From Zygophlyctis sp. KS116 (taxonomy: Eukaryota > Fungi > Chytridiomycota), in assembly GCA_054661495.1 (NCBI GenBank), contig BAAFSQ010000263.1:1-13851 (forward strand): 13,851 nt of DNA, given 5' to 3'. How positions within the stretch are numbered: position 1 is the first letter of the stretch; each line of letters begins with the position of its first letter. A model generated the notes under the pieces. It was not told the origin of the DNA and searched no databases. It saw only the letters and a list, made by a program, of their open reading frames with translations. Positions 9,715 through 13,851 of the stretch are shown piece by piece. The translations under genes were made by a program, and so were the position numbers.

Positions 9715-11214
9715 CATTTCTACCAGTAGATTCTACAATAAACCGATTCAATTGCTAAACAACCCAATGACTAATAAAACGTTTGTCCTTTATAAGACAT
9801 TTTCCAAACAATCGGATGCCATGCAGTAAGATATCCAATTGGTCTGATCTTAGGGAATGTAAGGACGATGCAATCGTTGTTTCTTTTGAAGTCCAAGGAC
9901 AAATGAATGGTGCCAGAAAGTTCATCTTGACAACTTGGAAGGAATTTTGGCATAAATATTGGTAGATCATATGGGTCTAAGTACACAGGAGAATGAAAAA
10001 GTCGGAGAGAGTATTCTATGAAGTCATACAGGAAAACAGGCCATGTCGGCTTTATTTTGATCTTGAATACGATAAAACAATCAATCCAGATATTAATGGC
10101 GAAATCATGATTAAAGATTTTAAGGATTTGATTATAGAGATGCTTTATAAAACATTTGAAATAACAATCTACGCCAAGGATATTTTGGATTTGGAATCAT
10201 CGAGTCAAGAAAAGTTTAGTAGACACTTAATAGTTCATACGGGAGAATTTCTTTTCTCTTCAAATTATCAGGTAAGAATTTAGAGATGTTTCACAAAACT
10301 ATTTCTTGCAATTAAATTTAATGATAAGGTTGGAGAATTTGTAAAATATTTAGTCAGTCAGATGTATGATTTGGGGTCAACTTTTCTTGTAAAAGATAAA
10401 GAAGAGCTTAAAGTTTTTGTAGATTCTGGAGTTTACACCAAAAACAGAAATTTTAGACTATTTTTGTCATCCAAACTAGGCAAAGCAAGGCCATTAATGA
10501 TTTCTACCGAGTCTGGATGTTTGTCTCGAGGTATAAATTTTCGATCAAATAATTGTCCAGGACTTTTCATAAAAGATGGTAGATTATTTAAAGTTGCTAG
10601 ATCAAAGGAAAAGGAAAATCTTGGTTTGCTAGAGCCTGCAGATGAGGGCGAAGTAGAGAACTTTTTTATGGATTCTTTAGGTAATTGATAATTAGTTTCT
10701 GATAAATTAGTCTGTCCATGGCCTCTTCCAGAAAATATTACGCTAATAACTTTCAAAGAATATCCACCACCATCTACCAAAAATGTTAAGCATGTATCAT
10801 ATTGCAGTTCCGAAGCAATGCATAGTCCTTTTCCTGAATTTGATTGCCTAATTACACAATTTGTACGTAATCGTGCATGTTATCAAAATCCAGATGCTGC
10901 AATTTCTAAAGCTCTGTTTTTTAAAGACTGTAAATTGTTATTACTAAAGATTTATAGCGAATACTCTAGTTTACTATTTCATAAATGATCGATATTGTCA
11001 CAGAATCAAAAGGCCTCACAAAAGTAATGGAGTATATTATTCACTGCAAATAGACAGAATGGAAGTAGTACAAAAATGCTTTGATCCAGACTGCAAATAT
11101 TATCAATCTCTACCATTTAATCTAAACGTTTTACAATCTCCTATAGAGTATGATGATGAAGTATTCCTTGAATCATTGGAGAATTACGAGAAAGAAAATA
11201 AATTATTTCCTTAA
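9692..11214 (+). CDS. PRIMPOL: DNA-directed primase/polymerase PrimPol (AEP domain plus UL52-like zinc finger)
   Basis: YEVIQENRPCRLYFDLEY (motif I DxE), KFSRHLI (motif II SxH), FVDSGVYTKNRNFRL (motif III) and zinc finger RYCHRIKRPHKSN...QKCFDPDC. Introns 9826-9853, 9962-9988, 10272-10328, probable 10531-10560, 10681-10710 and 10930-10957. TAA at 11212-11214. Start is ATG 9692, with 9767 as the alternative. Confidence 0.92.
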
Positions 11215-12578
11215 GATCGATTGTGTGGCTTTAGACATGAACGAGTCATATACTCGTTTAGATACAGTATTACCAAGGTTAATACTAGTAAGTAAAACTT
11301 CTCCATCTTTTTCACTCATTGATGAATATGCAGAATGTAGGCTATTAAAAGTGGGATATTTTTCCAAAATTGCCAAAGCTTTTGATTCAGTTACAAAAGG
11401 AATACATTCCAACATTTTCTGCCACGTATCTTTGAGATTTTTTCCAGACTTTATATTATCTCCAAATTGGACATTAAAAGACTCTTCGTTTCTAGATTTC
11501 CATTCTGGTATGTGTCCAATCTCTACAATAAAAGTTTTCATCCACGAAGCTATTTCATTCTTTTTAGAAAAGTGAATAAATGTATCTCCCTTTGATTGAA
11601 ACTGAAGCCAAAGAATCTGCTCTTCAATCACAGATTCTGTTGGCAACATGTCCAGCAGTTTATCTCTTTCTCTAGCCTTTTTTGATAATCGAGTAGGAAC
11701 TTCCCCTCCAGATATACTTTCCTGCATTTGCCTCTGAAGTTTCTTCTTTTGTTCAGAGTAATAAGCATCTAAATCCTGGATTATGTAAATAACTTTGTAA
11801 CATGGAAAATCAGACTTGATTCTTTGATGGTAATTATTAATCCCTTGTTTAACAGCATCTGCAAATTCAAAACCGTCCAGTTGTAAAATAACAAAATACT
11901 CTCTTTCCAAAAACACTTGGCATGGTGTCCAGCATTCATTATCTGCATCCCATGTTCTATCAACCTTCACCTTAGTAAAATCAAATCCACCTTTCTCTTA
12001 AGCAATATGCTACACGGCACAGGATTAGTAGTATACACGCATTCCACCTCAATTTCCTGAAGCATGGCAACCAACTCTTCACCATCACGATCCATCAAGT
12101 CTGTAGAAATCTCTACAATCATCTCCTTTGCAGTAGTATTTTTATCTCTTTTAATATTAACCTTTTTCATATTCCTTTGTGACTCTTTTAGTAATTCTTT
12201 AGCCTGTTTGGCCTTTAATTTTTCTAATTTCTTGTCGTCCATTTTACAAGTAGCTGTATCTGTATTGAATATATTATCTGAATTGTTTGAATTATCATTA
12301 CTGCGTTCTATCCAAGGCGTCACAGCTTGAATTGTGTCTCCCTCAGGCTCATTAAGAATTTCAGCTCTTTCATGCCGATGTTTAAGAATATTGACAAGGA
12401 TTAAATCGTCATCTGAAGAGGATTCAGCTGATACAAGTTGTTTTGGCAAAATTCTAGTAGACTTGATGGGTGAAACGGTTTCTTCATCAGATGAAAGAAC
12501 AATAACGGATAGCGCACATCTAGCTGCATGGGTTGGAGTTTGTTCAGGTGAAGATGGAATCACTATCGGAGATAGCAT
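11203..12578 (-). CDS. EME1: Crossover junction endonuclease regulatory subunit Eme1/Mms4 (inactive ERCC4 domain plus HhH)
   Basis: Disordered N-terminus, then VNIKRDK...KEMIVEI, KRK|VDRTWD...WTP, VIYIIQDL, IEEQILWLQ, KSGKNLKDTWQKMLECIPFVTESKALAILEKYPT and LGNTVSKRVY. One intron, most likely 11965-11990. ATG at 12578 (MLSPIVIPSSP). Confidence 0.85.
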
Positions 12579-12788
12579 AATAAATTTAACTCCTGGACAA
12601 TAATAATTTATTATCAATGTGGATGATTCAAAATCGAAATAGTAAATCCATTTGAGTATTTTATTGCGATTCAATTTATAATAATTTCTGAGATTGTTTT
12701 CATCGGCCTCGATCTGTTTAATTGAGGTGTCGAAATTCGTGCACACTTATGATTTATCTGCTCTCCCTGCAGCCGCTTTCCTTTCTGC

Positions 12789-13028
12789 TTATGGCAGAAT
12801 TCTTCCCAGATGATCCAAGGGCTCCTCATCATCAACTGCATTTGTAATGGGCTTTTGGCGGGGGTTGAAACCTGTGTCGGGGGAGAATAAAACATGCGTT
12901 TCTGTATTTTTTGCAACTCTAGATGATGGCTTTGCTAGCTTTGGTTCAGGAGAAAGTTTGAAAAATGGGTTTGAACGATTGCATGCAGCAGTAATTGCAA
13001 TCAATACCGAAAGCATAAATCTTTTCAT
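12789..13028 (-). CDS. Hypothetical small protein with possible signal peptide (79 aa)
   Basis: aaaATG context. MKRFMLSVLIAITAAC resembles a signal peptide (basic n-region, hydrophobic h-region, small residues). No family recognised. Confidence 0.45.
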   Translation of the reverse strand: MKRFMLSVLIAITAACNRSNPFFKLSPEPKLAKPSSRVAKNTETHVLFSPDTGFNPRQKPITNAVDDEEPLDHLGRILP

Positions 13029-13347
13029 TTTTGAACATTGAAACGCCCGTACATTACGTCTCGGATCGGCATAGTAACGGCCTCCGTACGTTTGTGAATA
13101 AAGATTATGTTAACTAAGTAAGCGGACTGTACGATGATCTTTTATTCTGATTTAGACTCAAGTCCACTTTCTGTTGCTAAACTATGATTTTCAATTAGTA
13201 ACATGTTCGGACATGACACAATGGACCTGTTATGGTCGTATGGTGTAGAACCCCATTTATCCAGCGCCTTAGATAATTGATTAATTTATTATAACTCAAT
13301 AAAAGTAAATCTCTATCTGCCATTTCAATGCCATGTTTATGATATGC

Positions 13348-13851
13348 TTAATGCTTTCGTCTCTTTGAAAAAGTATCAGACTCTTCGACATTCATGACAA
13401 TATCATCATCAATTCTTTGCTGATGAGAAGCAGCAGAACTGCCGACATTTGCTTCACCTTCGTCAAAGGCATTACTACGAGGTCTTCGATTCATTCTGGG
13501 AGGTGGTGCTTCCTGCTCATCAAAAGCATTGCTACGAGGTCTTTGATGCATTCTAGGAAGTGGTGCATCATCCTCATCAAAAGCATTACTTCTTTGTATT
13601 CCTGGAATATCATTGTCATTTTCTGCCAAGTGATTACCAAAAGGTGCCCTGACATTCATTCTAGCAACAGAATCATCCTCATCAAAAGCATTACTTCTTT
13701 GTATTCCTGGAATATCATTGTCATTTTCTGCCAAGTGATTACCAAAAGGTGCCCTGACATTCATTCTAGCAACAGAATCATCCTCATCAAAAGCATTACT
13801 TCTTTGTATTCCTGGAATATCATTGTCATTTTCTGCCAAGTGATTACCAAA
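13348..13851 (-). CDS. Tandem-repeat protein, 3' part (RSNAFDE repeats); 5' end outside the window
   Basis: The frame is open to the window edge. It contains 35-aa and 19-aa repeat units, both in frame at DNA level, and ends SKRRKH*. Confidence 0.75.
   Translation of the reverse strand, partial: FGNHLAENDNDIPGIQRSNAFDEDDSVARMNVRAPFGNHLAENDNDIPGIQRSNAFDEDDSVARMNVRAPFGNHLAENDNDIPGIQRSNAFDEDDAPLPRMHQRPRSNAFDEQEAPPPRMNRRPRSNAFDEGEANVGSSAASHQQRIDDDIVMNVEESDTFSKRRKH
13460..13590 (-). repeat. Degenerate 57-bp coding repeat (19-aa unit SNAFDExxAPxPRMxxRPR)
   Basis: SNAFDEDDAPLPRMHQRPR, SNAFDEQEAPPPRMNRRPR and then SNAFDEG. tcaaa(a/g)gcatt recurs at 57-nt spacing. Confidence 0.85.
13567..13851 (-). 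repeat. Perfect 105-bp coding tandem repeat, at least 2.7 copies, truncated by the window end
   Basis: atcatcctcatcaaaagcattact recurs at 13567, 13672 and 13777, and the copies appear identical. Confidence 0.95.

Noticed and set aside
7495-11214. Endogenous giant-virus insertion (KilA-N domain next to an AEP primase)
   Set aside because: Both genes have host-type tiny introns and cellular architectures (APSES plus ankyrin; PrimPol with zinc finger and acidic tail). No capsid, integrase or terminal repeats were seen.
11150-11575. 141-aa plus-strand ORF
   Set aside because: Antisense to EME1 and out of frame with the PrimPol last exon.
12579-12746. N-terminal extension of EME1 given in the ORF track
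   Set aside because: It starts at a GTG with no in-frame ATG before 12578, and the sequence is AT-rich and promoter-like.
13130-13155. Box C/D snoRNA (atgat...ctga)
   Set aside because: The C box is imperfect, the spacing is too short, and no rRNA guide could be identified.
13567-13851. CRISPR array or satellite
   Set aside because: No unique spacers. The unit is 105 bp, in frame and coding, in a eukaryotic context.

Overview
AT-rich, very gene-dense eukaryotic DNA. It is most consistent with an early-diverging fungus such as a chytrid (inference: a fungal APSES/ankyrin factor co-occurs with PrimPol). Splicing by hand gives 12 probable genes: the 3' end of delta-COP, MCD4/PIGN, a 101-aa orphan, CFD1/NUBP2, three tandem single-pass membrane orphans, an Mbp1/Swi4-like factor, PrimPol, EME1, a small possibly secreted orphan and the 3' end of a tandem-repeat protein. 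I infer 25 GT-AG introns, 23 of about 24-30 nt and two of 57-59 nt that both contain hairpins. Notable points are two same-strand CDS overlaps (20 and 23 nt), two convergent overlaps, a 12-bp divergent spacer, a hairpin over a stop-creating decoy acceptor, and a repeat protein made of kinase-pseudosubstrate-like RSNAFD units. No RNA genes, CRISPR arrays or transposons could be supported. All family calls come from motif recognition, not database searches.
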